Below, piece by piece: positions 17,589 through 25,837 of a DNA stretch of 48,923 bases (position 1 is its first letter; every line of letters starts with the position of its first letter). This DNA comes from Mycobacteriaceae bacterium (GTDB lineage Bacteria > Pseudomonadota > Gammaproteobacteria > Burkholderiales > Burkholderiaceae_D). The stretch lies in assembly GCA_903970145.1 (NCBI GenBank), contig CAJCHO010000062.1:1-48923 (forward strand), in the 5' to 3' direction. The position numbers were made by a program, and so were the translations under genes. Under the pieces are notes generated by a model. The model had not been told where the DNA came from and searched no databases. It was given only the letters and a program-made list of their open reading frames with translations.

Positions 17589-18176
17589 ATGAGAATCGCC
17601 GCCTCGCAGTCCGCCGCGCCAGCCATGGGCGCATCCTGGTTGTATGAAAGGTCTCTCGGATGGCACCTTGCTGCGGCATTCGTCGCCACTCTGTTTCTCG
17701 CGCTTTCATCCTATGTCGAGGTACCAATGTTCCCGGTGCCCATGACCATGCAGACGTTCGCCGTAACGCTTGTCGGGGCCCTGTACGGCTGGCGCCTGGG
17801 AGCGCTCGCGGTCACTGCCTGGCTCCTCGAGGCCGTGCTCGGTTTGCCGGTCTTGGCAGGTGGTGCAGCCGGCCCCGCATATTTCCTCGGTCCAACGGCT
17901 GGCTACCTGCTTGCATTTCCCTTTGCAGCGGCTCTGGTTGGCTGGCTCGTCGAACACGGGTGGAACGGTCAGCGAGCGGGCCTCTCCTTTCTCGCCATGC
18001 TGATCGGCAACTTCGTGTGCCTCGCCCTCGGGGCTGCCTGGCTAGCGGTTCTCACTGACTCCCTTACTGCACTGACTCTGGGAGTTACACCTTTTGTACT
18101 CGGGGCCGGGCTGAAGTCGGTCCTGGCGGCGGCGACGCTCTGGATCGTCGCACCGAAGACGGCGAGGAGCGCCTAA
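17589..18176 (+). CDS. bioY: BioY family biotin transporter (the S component of an ECF transporter).
   Basis: VPMTMQTFAVTLVGALYGWRLG...GPTAGYLLAFPFAAALVGWL matches the BioY core (PITLQTLxVLLAGxxLG...GPTGGYLIGF). The N-terminal extent is uncertain. Confidence 0.8.
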   Translation: MRIAASQSAAPAMGASWLYERSLGWHLAAAFVATLFLALSSYVEVPMFPVPMTMQTFAVTLVGALYGWRLGALAVTAWLLEAVLGLPVLAGGAAGPAYFLGPTAGYLLAFPFAAALVGWLVEHGWNGQRAGLSFLAMLIGNFVCLALGAAWLAVLTDSLTALTLGVTPFVLGAGLKSVLAAATLWIVAPKTARSA

Positions 18177-18179
18177 ACG

Positions 18180-18620
18180 GTGACGGTCAGACTGCGAGCG
18201 CATCATCTGCTGTGCATGCTGACCTATCAGGGCAAGGGCTATAGTCCCGCTTTCATTGCGGGCGTTGATGCGATCGCGACGCGCATCGGCGAGGGCGAGG
18301 AAATTTCCCTGGTGCAGGGACCTGACGACATCTGCTCTCCCCTGTTGCCAGACTCCGATCCCCACTGCCTGCGCGAGAGCGCCCAATCACGCGATGAGCT
18401 TTCAAGAAGCGATCTGAGCGCATTGCTTGGCGTGTGCCTTGAGACCGGCTCATCGATCCGGATCGATCCCGCCATGCTCGAGACGATGCGTGCGGCATTT
18501 TCCAGTGGTCTCACGCGTCGCGCCTGTCAAGGATGCGAATGGCGAGAACTGTGCGACTCCATTGCCCAGGACGATTTCCGGCCGGTCGTGCTGGCGACTG
18601 TCAAGGCAGCACAAACGTAG
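18180..18620 (+). CDS. DUF1284 domain protein (Cys-containing, function unknown).
   Basis: MTVRLRAHHLLCMLTYQGKGYSPAFIAGVDAI matches the DUF1284 N-terminal (RLRxHHLxC...GxGYS). The gene starts 4 nt after the bioY stop. Confidence 0.6.
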   Translation: MTVRLRAHHLLCMLTYQGKGYSPAFIAGVDAIATRIGEGEEISLVQGPDDICSPLLPDSDPHCLRESAQSRDELSRSDLSALLGVCLETGSSIRIDPAMLETMRAAFSSGLTRRACQGCEWRELCDSIAQDDFRPVVLATVKAAQT

Positions 18621-18700
18621 ACGAACCCGGGTCCGAGGAAACGAGATGCAGTGGCACCCGCTCGCGAGGTTCATACTCGCATCAACGAAGGAGGAGTCCC

Positions 18701-19165
18701 ATGTCAGAGGCGACCAATCTATACGAAGCGCCCAAGGCCACGCTTGACGCGCAAGCTGAAAACCCGAGCTACGAGATTGCCGGGAGGTGGCGCCGATTGG
18801 GCGAGTACCTCGTGGATTTAATCGTCCTGCTGCTCGTAAACTTTGCTTTCGCCTTCGTGATGAAGCAGATGTACGGGAGTCACAACTGGTTTGCGATCCT
18901 CGGGTACCGCGAGGGCCTGGTCTTCGGCACAGCGCTGAACTCAACTTACTATTTCACCCTTGACGCAACGACCAACCGGACACCCGGGAAGATGCTCATG
19001 GGCACAATTGTCGTAACAGAAGACGGCGCCAAGCCGCATACCGCGCAGATTCTGGGTCGCTCGTTGGCGCGCCAAATCCCGTTCGAGTCCCTGTTCATTT
19101 TTGGACGGAAGAGACTCTGCAGACACGACTCGCTATCGCGGACGAAGGTAGTGCGCCTAAATTAG
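18701..19165 (+). CDS. RDD family membrane protein.
   Basis: AGRWRRLGEYLVDLIVLLLVNFAFAFV ... RTPGKMLMGTIVVTEDGAKP has the RDD layout. A GGAGGAG Shine-Dalgarno lies 6 nt upstream of MSEATNLY. The track ORF's 56 upstream codons lack support. Confidence 0.65.
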   Translation: MSEATNLYEAPKATLDAQAENPSYEIAGRWRRLGEYLVDLIVLLLVNFAFAFVMKQMYGSHNWFAILGYREGLVFGTALNSTYYFTLDATTNRTPGKMLMGTIVVTEDGAKPHTAQILGRSLARQIPFESLFIFGRKRLCRHDSLSRTKVVRLN

Positions 19166-19409
19166 CTGATGCACTGCAGGGGCATGAAATGTCCAGCCCT
19201 GGAATGGAGTTCGTAGCGCATGACTCTCGGAGGCCCTGATATGAACGAATTCCATCCAGGGAGAAAGCCAGTTAGTAGGCGAATCCCTGCAGAAACGGGC
19301 CAAGCCACGTACGGCGATCGCGCGCTTGGCATCCACTCCGCTCATGGTTAATCTGGTCGCGACGAGGGACTTCGGTCTGAAAACGACCCACCTGGTTCCG
19401 GAGATAAAT

Positions 19410-20537
19410 ATGGAAAATGCGGACGTGGCTATCGTAGGAGCGGGTCCCGCGGGTCTCGCATGCGCGGCCAGCATTCGGGCTCTCGGTCTTCGAGTAACGG
19501 TGCTGGAAAAGTCGGATGCCGTAGGCGCAGTATGGCGACGCCACTATGATCGCCTGCACCTGCACACCGACAAGGGAAACTCGGGCTTGCCAGGTCTTCC
19601 AATGCCGCACAGTTACCCGCGCTATCCTTCGAGAGCGCAGGTAGTTCAATACCTTGAAAGCTACGCGAAGCAATTCAATCTTGAGCCGGTTTTCGGCGCC
19701 AACGTCCGAAGCGTTCGACGGGAAGGTTCCAACTGGCAGATCGAGGCGGGTGAACATAGTCTGGTCGCGCCTGCAGTCGTTGTTGCGACCGGTTGGGCTG
19801 ATTTCCCCTACGAACCCACTTGGCCTGGGCAGGACTCCTATCAGGGGAGCATTATTCACAGCAGCGCCTATCGCAACCCAGCGCCCTACGCTGGCAAACG
19901 TGTCCTCGTTGTCGGTTTCGGAAACTCGGGTGGAGAGATTGCACTCGATCTGGCGGAGAAGGGGATTGACGTCTCCCTGTCGGTACGGGGTCCCGTCCAG
20001 ATCCTGCCGCGCGAACTCCTGGGCCTGCCAATCCTCTCCTGGGCGATCGCGCAAAGGCATCTGCCGGCTCGACTCTCTGATTTCATCAACGCTCCGGCGA
20101 TCCGCCTGGCCGTTGGGTCGCTCCGCAAATTGGGCCTGCAGCGTGCGTCTATCGGACCACGGCGCATGGTCGAGCAGACTGGCCGCGTGCCCTTGCTCGA
20201 CGTCGGCACGCTTGCCAAGATTCGCGATGGGTCGATCAAGGTGAACGCCGGGATTGAAAGATTCGAACCGGGCGGTGTGCATTTTTCAGACGGCAAACAA
20301 GGGAACTTTGACGCCGTCATCCTCGCGACCGGATTTCGGCCGGATGCACGCAAGCTACTTCCCGAATCCACTGGCGTCTATGACGACACTGGAAAGCCAT
20401 TTGTGACCGGAGGCCCGACCAGCGAACCCGGGCTCTTTTTCTGCGGCTTTATCACTTCCCCTAACGGGCAGTTCAGGGAGATCGGCATCGAGGCTAAACG
20501 GATCGCCGCCCACGCTCTTCGGCACGTCCGAGGATGA
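19410..20537 (+). CDS. Flavin-containing monooxygenase (FMO/CzcO-like, with FAD- and NAD(P)-binding motifs).
   Basis: VAIVGAGPAGLACA is a GxGxxG FAD site, and VLVVGFGNSGGEIALDL is a second dinucleotide site. ILATGFRPD is an FMO-like motif. A GGAGA lies 6 nt upstream of MENADVAIV. Confidence 0.75.
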   Translation: MENADVAIVGAGPAGLACAASIRALGLRVTVLEKSDAVGAVWRRHYDRLHLHTDKGNSGLPGLPMPHSYPRYPSRAQVVQYLESYAKQFNLEPVFGANVRSVRREGSNWQIEAGEHSLVAPAVVVATGWADFPYEPTWPGQDSYQGSIIHSSAYRNPAPYAGKRVLVVGFGNSGGEIALDLAEKGIDVSLSVRGPVQILPRELLGLPILSWAIAQRHLPARLSDFINAPAIRLAVGSLRKLGLQRASIGPRRMVEQTGRVPLLDVGTLAKIRDGSIKVNAGIERFEPGGVHFSDGKQGNFDAVILATGFRPDARKLLPESTGVYDDTGKPFVTGGPTSEPGLFFCGFITSPNGQFREIGIEAKRIAAHALRHVRG

Positions 20538-20555
20538 TCGACTGCGCAAGCTTTC

Positions 20556-20948
20556 TCAGCCGGCCACGGGAGTCAGCGTGTGTGCGTCTCGCGCCAGACG
20601 CCAGCGGCCATCGGCGTGTTTGCGGTATATCGTGATTCGGTTGCCAGCCAGCTCAGTAACCTTCCCGCCCGCGCGGGGTGTCACGCATAACGAATCGCTG
20701 CAAACTGTGTAGCCCATATCGCCAACAACCACGACCTCTTGCAACTCGCTCACGCAGCGGATCCACGATTGCTGATGCGCAGCGGAAAAGCCTGCGGGAA
20801 ATCCGTCGCGCCCGAATGGCAATCGCCCTGGATTGAGAAATACGACATCATCAGTCATCAGGCTCAGTAAGCGAGCCAGATCGCCGGCATTGACCGAATC
20901 AATCCAGATCGAATGCAGGTCACGGATAGCTCCTTCGTCAGATTCCAT
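20556..20948 (-). CDS. SgcJ/EcaC family NTF2-like protein (DUF4440 / SnoaL-like fold).
   Basis: IRDLHSIWIDSVNAGDLARLLSLMTDDVVFLNPG...ITIYRKHADGRWRLARDAHTL matches the conserved SgcJ/EcaC pattern, including the YRKxxDGRWxLARD tail. Confidence 0.65.
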   Translation of the reverse strand: MESDEGAIRDLHSIWIDSVNAGDLARLLSLMTDDVVFLNPGRLPFGRDGFPAGFSAAHQQSWIRCVSELQEVVVVGDMGYTVCSDSLCVTPRAGGKVTELAGNRITIYRKHADGRWRLARDAHTLTPVAG

Positions 20949-21045
20949 ATTCGATTCCCCACTTTCCAGATCTTGAACGGGCCAGTCGATGAATCATCGC
21001 CAGCCCACCTTCCTGATCTTTACAAAGGCCGCTGACACCGTCGCC

Positions 21046-22272
21046 CTACCGACAATTCGCTGGCGCAAAGGCGGGTCGCAGCGTTGCCCAGGGCGCCACC
21101 GTGAGTCGCTGTGATGCTGCGTAGGTGTAGCTCTGGCTCGCACAAGCCCAGATGATCTGACCTTGGACACCTCTGATCAGGGGATGACCATTGATATTTG
21201 CCTGCAGCGTCAAAATATTGTCCTTACCGATCGCTGGGAGGATCGCTTGGGCGTTGTAAGTGATGGCGATGACACCGCCGTCACCGATTTCAATGGATGA
21301 GACGTATTTGGATGGGACAAATTGATAGTCCCTGGAAAGTGCTGCGGCACTCGGATCGTGCCCGGCCGCAAAGTTTTCGGCGACAATTGCCTTCGCGGCA
21401 TCTGCCTGAAGAAGCCCCTGCGTGATCTTGGCGCGAACCGTGTAATCCTGATACGCCGGTAGTGCGATCGCGGCGAGGATTCCGATGAGAGCTATCCCAC
21501 CGAATACCACCAGCACAACCACCAGGACGATGGCAGCTCCACCACTTGTCGATCGGCGAACGACGACCGTTCCCGCCAGCAAGTCGGACAGTGACTGGCG
21601 GCGCGCCGTGATGAGCTGAATCAGGGCTGTAAACAGCGGCCAACCGGTGAGTATGGAGACCAGTGCCCGCCAGATTCCGCGTCCAAATCCGATTTTCTCG
21701 CCAGAGCTTGCATCCACAACCGCGAGTCCGAGGAGTGAGCGCCCCCAGGTCGCGCGACGCGTGCGCGAATTCAGAAAGCCGTGATACAGGAGAATGGTTC
21801 CGACGTAGCCCAGGATCGCGGCAATCGCGCCAGCGTTGGGGTTGCCCGCAGCAGAGAATCCCGCGGCGAGAGCAACGCCGACAACACCGCAGGGAATGTA
21901 GAGAATCATGCCGTCGACAACTGCGGCACCGACGCGCGCCCAGAAGCCGCCGTAATCTCCGGCCTCGAACGCAGCCGTCGCCATCGCAGCAACTCCTTCG
22001 CTGGCGGCAGATCCACTGCTGCTTGCTGGCGCAGAGTAAATCGAAGCGCCCGTGCGGGCGCGCCGCGCCTGCGCAAGTTCTGCGTCGTAACTCTCCCGAA
22101 GGGAAGTATCCGAGAGAATGGCGTAGGCGCGCCGGACTGCAGCCATTGCTGATTCACGGTCGCCCGGACTTGCCTCCGCGATCTTGCGCATTTCCAGTTC
22201 GTATGCCGATTGAATGAGTTCCGGACTCGCCGAACTAGCCACGCCAAGCAGATCGTAGTGTGTATTCGCCAT
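21046..22272 (-). CDS. Chimeric membrane protein. It has an N-terminal DnaJ-type J domain, an RDD membrane domain, a TM helix that is also a pilin alpha1-N helix, and a C-terminal type IVa pilin-like globular domain with a terminal Cys-Cys loop.
   Basis: The J domain is [28 protein letters not shown]...[15 protein letters not shown]. The RDD domain is [19 protein letters not shown] ... [36 protein letters not shown]. The pilin-like part is [42 protein letters not shown] ... [21 protein letters not shown] ... [14 protein letters not shown] ... IIWACAS...PANCR. This is collinear with PilE/PilA ([24 protein letters not shown] ... KYVKEVEVKNGVVTAT ... KKLSLWA...WFCGQ...STCR). It lacks the prepilin leader and the GFTLIE cleavage/Glu5 motif. 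Confidence 0.7.
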   Translation of the reverse strand: [408 protein letters not shown]

Positions 22273-22438
22273 TGTTTCCGCCTCCCAACGGAATTTAAAT
22301 GCAGTTTGCTTTTAGTAAATCTCTGAGGGACGCCGCCCGATTTTGAACTCACGCGCGGCTACAGCCGCCAGCTGTGCTGCAACCCATAGGTCAGCACTCA
22401 TCGAGAGTGATCTCACCGACACTTCGAGTCCTGCTTGC

Positions 22439-23449
22439 TCAAATGTCATCGGGGATTCGGCTGGTTCTGAGCTGATATCCAATTGGCAACAGGCGCACCC
22501 CAAACCGCGCTTCGATCTCACCCCAGATTCCGCGCGGCAGAAGCAGCGCGAACAGCATGGCGGTTGCGCCCAGACCAATCAGGTACTTCACACCCTCTGC
22601 ACCGAAGAAGGTTTCAATCAGGAAAAACAATATCGCACCCAGGATCGGACCCTCATAGGTTCCGATACCGCCAACCAGAACCATGAAGATCATGTAGGCA
22701 GTCCACTGCACGCTAAAGTAGGTCTTGGGCTGGAAAGTGATTGAAGTAGCAACCCACAAGGCACCCGCAATCGCGCAGCCAAAGGCCGAGAGTACGAATA
22801 TCAATTGCTTGGACGAGAATACGCGCACCCCGATCGAGGCTGCGGCCTCCTCATTGTCGCGAATCGCCTGGACGGCCGAGCCAATCCTGCCGCGCAACAT
22901 GAAAAATACCAGCCACCCGAGAAAGGCCACCGCCACGAGAGCCGCCCAATAGGTGTCATTGCGACGCTCGATCGCGTCATAGCGCTGCAAGGCAATCAGC
23001 GACGTGCCAGTCTCGCCCTGGACCAGATTGTCGAGATTCACGAGCAGGTGCGCGAGTTCAGCCACGACCCACATGCCAATCGCGAACTCCCCCCCGCGCA
23101 GGCGCAGCATGAAAGTCGAAACGGGCAAGGCCACTACAGCGACCAGGAGCCCGCCCAGAAGCAGTGCCGGGTAGGGACTGACACCTGCATCGGCCAGGCG
23201 CACCGCTGCGTATGCTCCAAGGCCGAAGAAGGCCTGATTGCCGATGGACACGAGGCCAGCGTAGCCGGCCAGCGCATTCCACATCAGCGCCAGGATCCCG
23301 TAAATGAAGAGGGCGGTAAGGCGATCGACGACGGTCGCACTCAAAAAAAATGGCCCGAAAGCGAGCAGCATTTGGCCGATCAGCACAAAGGCCACCGCGA
23401 TCTTCGACTGCCTCGTCCAGCGCTCGACTGTGAAGGGCTGTGTACTCAC
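22439..23449 (-). CDS. Branched-chain amino acid-type (HAAT family) ABC transporter permease, LivM-like.
   Basis: Multi-TM protein with IRDNEEAAASIGVRVFSSKQLIFVLSAFGCAIAGALW, which is a LivM signature. Confidence 0.8.
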   Translation of the reverse strand: MSTQPFTVERWTRQSKIAVAFVLIGQMLLAFGPFFLSATVVDRLTALFIYGILALMWNALAGYAGLVSIGNQAFFGLGAYAAVRLADAGVSPYPALLLGGLLVAVVALPVSTFMLRLRGGEFAIGMWVVAELAHLLVNLDNLVQGETGTSLIALQRYDAIERRNDTYWAALVAVAFLGWLVFFMLRGRIGSAVQAIRDNEEAAASIGVRVFSSKQLIFVLSAFGCAIAGALWVATSITFQPKTYFSVQWTAYMIFMVLVGGIGTYEGPILGAILFFLIETFFGAEGVKYLIGLGATAMLFALLLPRGIWGEIEARFGVRLLPIGYQLRTSRIPDDI

Positions 23450-24357
23450 GATGCCGTCCCCGACAAGCGTGCACGCAAGACCGTAAAGTAGTGACGCAGT
23501 CCCTGCGTGAAATACAGGCGCGCGAGCAGTATCGCAAGGAAAGTCAGGTGGCCTGCAATCAGGAATCCCTGGGGATTGAGCTGGGCACCGATGCTCTGCG
23601 CAACACCGAGCACGATGCCACCAAGGAGCGTCCCCCAGAGCGAACCGGCGCCCCCGATCACCACGGCCTCGAAGGCGAAGATCAGTTGCTGGGGTCCCGT
23701 ATAGGGATCGAAGGTCGCACGCATCGCGAGAAACGCCCCGGCGATGGCGACCAGTACCATGGTGATTGCAGTCGACGCCGCGTAGACCGAAACCGCATTC
23801 ACGCCAACCAGGCGCGCCGTCTCGGAATCCTCGGCGGCCGCACGGATGCGCCGCCCGAGGGCGCTGTAACGCAGCATGAGATGCAGGCCGCCCAGGAGCA
23901 CCAATGCGACGACGAAGGTCAAGAGCGACAGCTGACCAACACTGATGTCGTCCGTCAGGGACCAGCTATCGTAGCCCAGGGTATCTATATAGGGAGACAG
24001 CGAGCGGGTATCCGCGCCGAACTGGTCGAACATCGAATTGTCGAGCACCGTCGCGAGCCCGAAGGTGCTCAGGATTGGGACCAGCGCGCCGGCGCGCGCA
24101 CTGCGCTCCAGGACCACGTGATGCAGCACCCAGCCGATGATCGCCATGATGGGAATGACGGCGAGCAGCCCCAGAAATGGCGAAATTCCGAAATGTTCGG
24201 CCAGCACGAACAGCATATAGGCCGCCATCACAGCGAGGCTGCCGTGTGCCAGATTGATGATCCGCATCACGCCGAACATGAAGGACAGCCCGCAGGCGAG
24301 AAGTGCGTAGTAGCCGCCCAGGAGCACCCCCTGCACGATCTGATTGACCCAGATCAT
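23446..24357 (-). CDS. HAAT-family ABC transporter permease, LivH-like.
   Basis: MIWVNQIVQGVLLGGYYALLACGLSFMFGVMRIINLAHG is a LivH N-terminal. I trimmed the start to this Met, which forms an ATGA overlap with the upstream ATPase stop at 24354-24357. There is also a 4-nt overlap with LivM. Confidence 0.8.
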   Translation of the reverse strand: MIWVNQIVQGVLLGGYYALLACGLSFMFGVMRIINLAHGSLAVMAAYMLFVLAEHFGISPFLGLLAVIPIMAIIGWVLHHVVLERSARAGALVPILSTFGLATVLDNSMFDQFGADTRSLSPYIDTLGYDSWSLTDDISVGQLSLLTFVVALVLLGGLHLMLRYSALGRRIRAAAEDSETARLVGVNAVSVYAASTAITMVLVAIAGAFLAMRATFDPYTGPQQLIFAFEAVVIGGAGSLWGTLLGGIVLGVAQSIGAQLNPQGFLIAGHLTFLAILLARLYFTQGLRHYFTVLRARLSGTAS

Positions 24358-25079
24358 GCGCCCACCTTCGCGCTCGGAGCGCGATTGCCAAAGTAGTACT
24401 CCATGACCTGCTCGCGGCTCATCTGATCGGCGCGGCCTTCTGCAACGATGCCACCTTCGAGCATGCAGACGATGCGATCGGCGACGGCGAAAGTGCGCTT
24501 TAGGTCCTGCTCGACCAGAACGATCGTGACGCGCATGGCAAGCAATGCCTGCAGCGACGCGTACACGCCCTCGACAGCCAGCGGTGAGAGGCCGAGCGAC
24601 ACTTCGTCTAGCAGAAGAATGGTGGGGTTGAGCATCAGGGCTCGACCAATGGCGGTGGCCTGCTGCTGACCCCCAGAAAGTTCGCCCGCGCGCGCCTTGA
24701 GTTTGGGTTTGAGCTGCGGGAAGGCCTCGACCACCGTGTCGAGATTCCACGGCCCGCTGCGGCGCGCCGAGCGCGACACCATAAGATTCTCGGCAACGCT
24801 CATGTCAGCGAACAGGCGTCGTCCTTCGGGGACGAGCGCAATGCCCGCAGCGGCCCGCTTGTGGGCCGGCGTGGCGGTTATATCCACTCCATCGAGGAGC
24901 ACCTGACCGGAAAAAGCCGGATGCACGCCGGCAATGGTTCGCAAAAGCGTAGTCTTGCCTGCGCCATTGGCACCCACCAGGGCCACTTTTTCGCCGGCAG
25001 CGATGTCGAGCGTCAGGTCACGAACCGCAGTCAAAAGGCCGTGGCGCGCCGTCAGTCCTTGTATCTGCAGGGCGCTCAA
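24354..25079 (-). CDS. ABC transporter ATP-binding protein, LivF-like.
   Basis: Walker A is GANGAGKTT. The signature is LSGGQQQ, and Walker B is LLLDEVSLGLSP. Confidence 0.85.
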   Translation of the reverse strand: MSALQIQGLTARHGLLTAVRDLTLDIAAGEKVALVGANGAGKTTLLRTIAGVHPAFSGQVLLDGVDITATPAHKRAAAGIALVPEGRRLFADMSVAENLMVSRSARRSGPWNLDTVVEAFPQLKPKLKARAGELSGGQQQATAIGRALMLNPTILLLDEVSLGLSPLAVEGVYASLQALLAMRVTIVLVEQDLKRTFAVADRIVCMLEGGIVAEGRADQMSREQVMEYYFGNRAPSAKVGA

Positions 25080-25837
25080 TGTCCGCCCCCGAGATAGGCA
25101 TCCACGACACTCGCGTCAGTCAGCACCGTCTTGGGGTCACCGTCCGCAATTATTCGGCCTGCGTCCATACAAACGAGTCGCCGGGCGATTTGCAGAAGAA
25201 CATGCACGATGTGCTCGATCCACACGATCGCGATGTCGCGCTGCTGCAAAATGGCTATCGTTGCCACCAGCTCGGACGCTTCGCCATCGGTCAGACCACC
25301 GCCGATTTCGTCAAGCAGCAGGACGACGGGCGCGCTGGCGAGCGCACGTGCCAGTTCGAGCCGTTTGCGATCGAGCAGGCCCAGAGTCTCGGCACGGCGA
25401 TTCGCGAGCTTTAGCATGCCACACAATTCCAGAGCGTCGCTGGCGTGATCGTAGGCAGCAGTGCGCGCAAATCCGCCGCCGTGGACTGCTGCCGCGAGAA
25501 CGTTCTCAAAGACCGTCATGCCGCTAAATGGCCGCGGAATCTGGTGGGTTCGGGCGACGCCCAGACGACAGCGCCTGGCCGCGTCCAGATGCGTCACATC
25601 GGTGCCGCAAAAGGAAATCGAACCAGCCGATAGCGTGTGGGAACCGGACAGCGCGCCCATCAGGGTCGTCTTGCCAGCGCCATTGGGGCCGACTATGCCA
25701 ATGGCGTCGCCGCGCGCTACCGTGAAATCGACCCCGTCGAGCACGACGAGCGCACCAAAGCTCTTGTGAACCGCGTGCGCCGACAGCAGGATGCCGTCGG
25801 CGCCCGGGGTGTGGCGTGGTTTCGCGACTTTAGGCAA
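25076..25837 (-). CDS. ABC transporter ATP-binding protein, LivG-like.
   Basis: Walker A is GPNGAGKTT, and Walker B/D-loop is LLLDEIGGGLTDGE. There are 4-nt overlaps with both neighbours. Confidence 0.85.
   Translation of the reverse strand: MPKVAKPRHTPGADGILLSAHAVHKSFGALVVLDGVDFTVARGDAIGIVGPNGAGKTTLMGALSGSHTLSAGSISFCGTDVTHLDAARRCRLGVARTHQIPRPFSGMTVFENVLAAAVHGGGFARTAAYDHASDALELCGMLKLANRRAETLGLLDRKRLELARALASAPVVLLLDEIGGGLTDGEASELVATIAILQQRDIAIVWIEHIVHVLLQIARRLVCMDAGRIIADGDPKTVLTDASVVDAYLGGGH

Noticed and set aside
16920-17727. 248- and 144-aa minus-strand ORFs.
   Set aside because: They are antisense to the RDD and bioY genes.
19272-20282. A 336-aa minus-strand ORF, plus 19157-19474.
   Set aside because: They are antisense to the FMO gene, which has FAD/NADPH motifs and a good RBS.
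23440-24396. A 318-aa plus-strand ORF, plus 22805-23491.
   Set aside because: They are antisense to the Liv permease genes.
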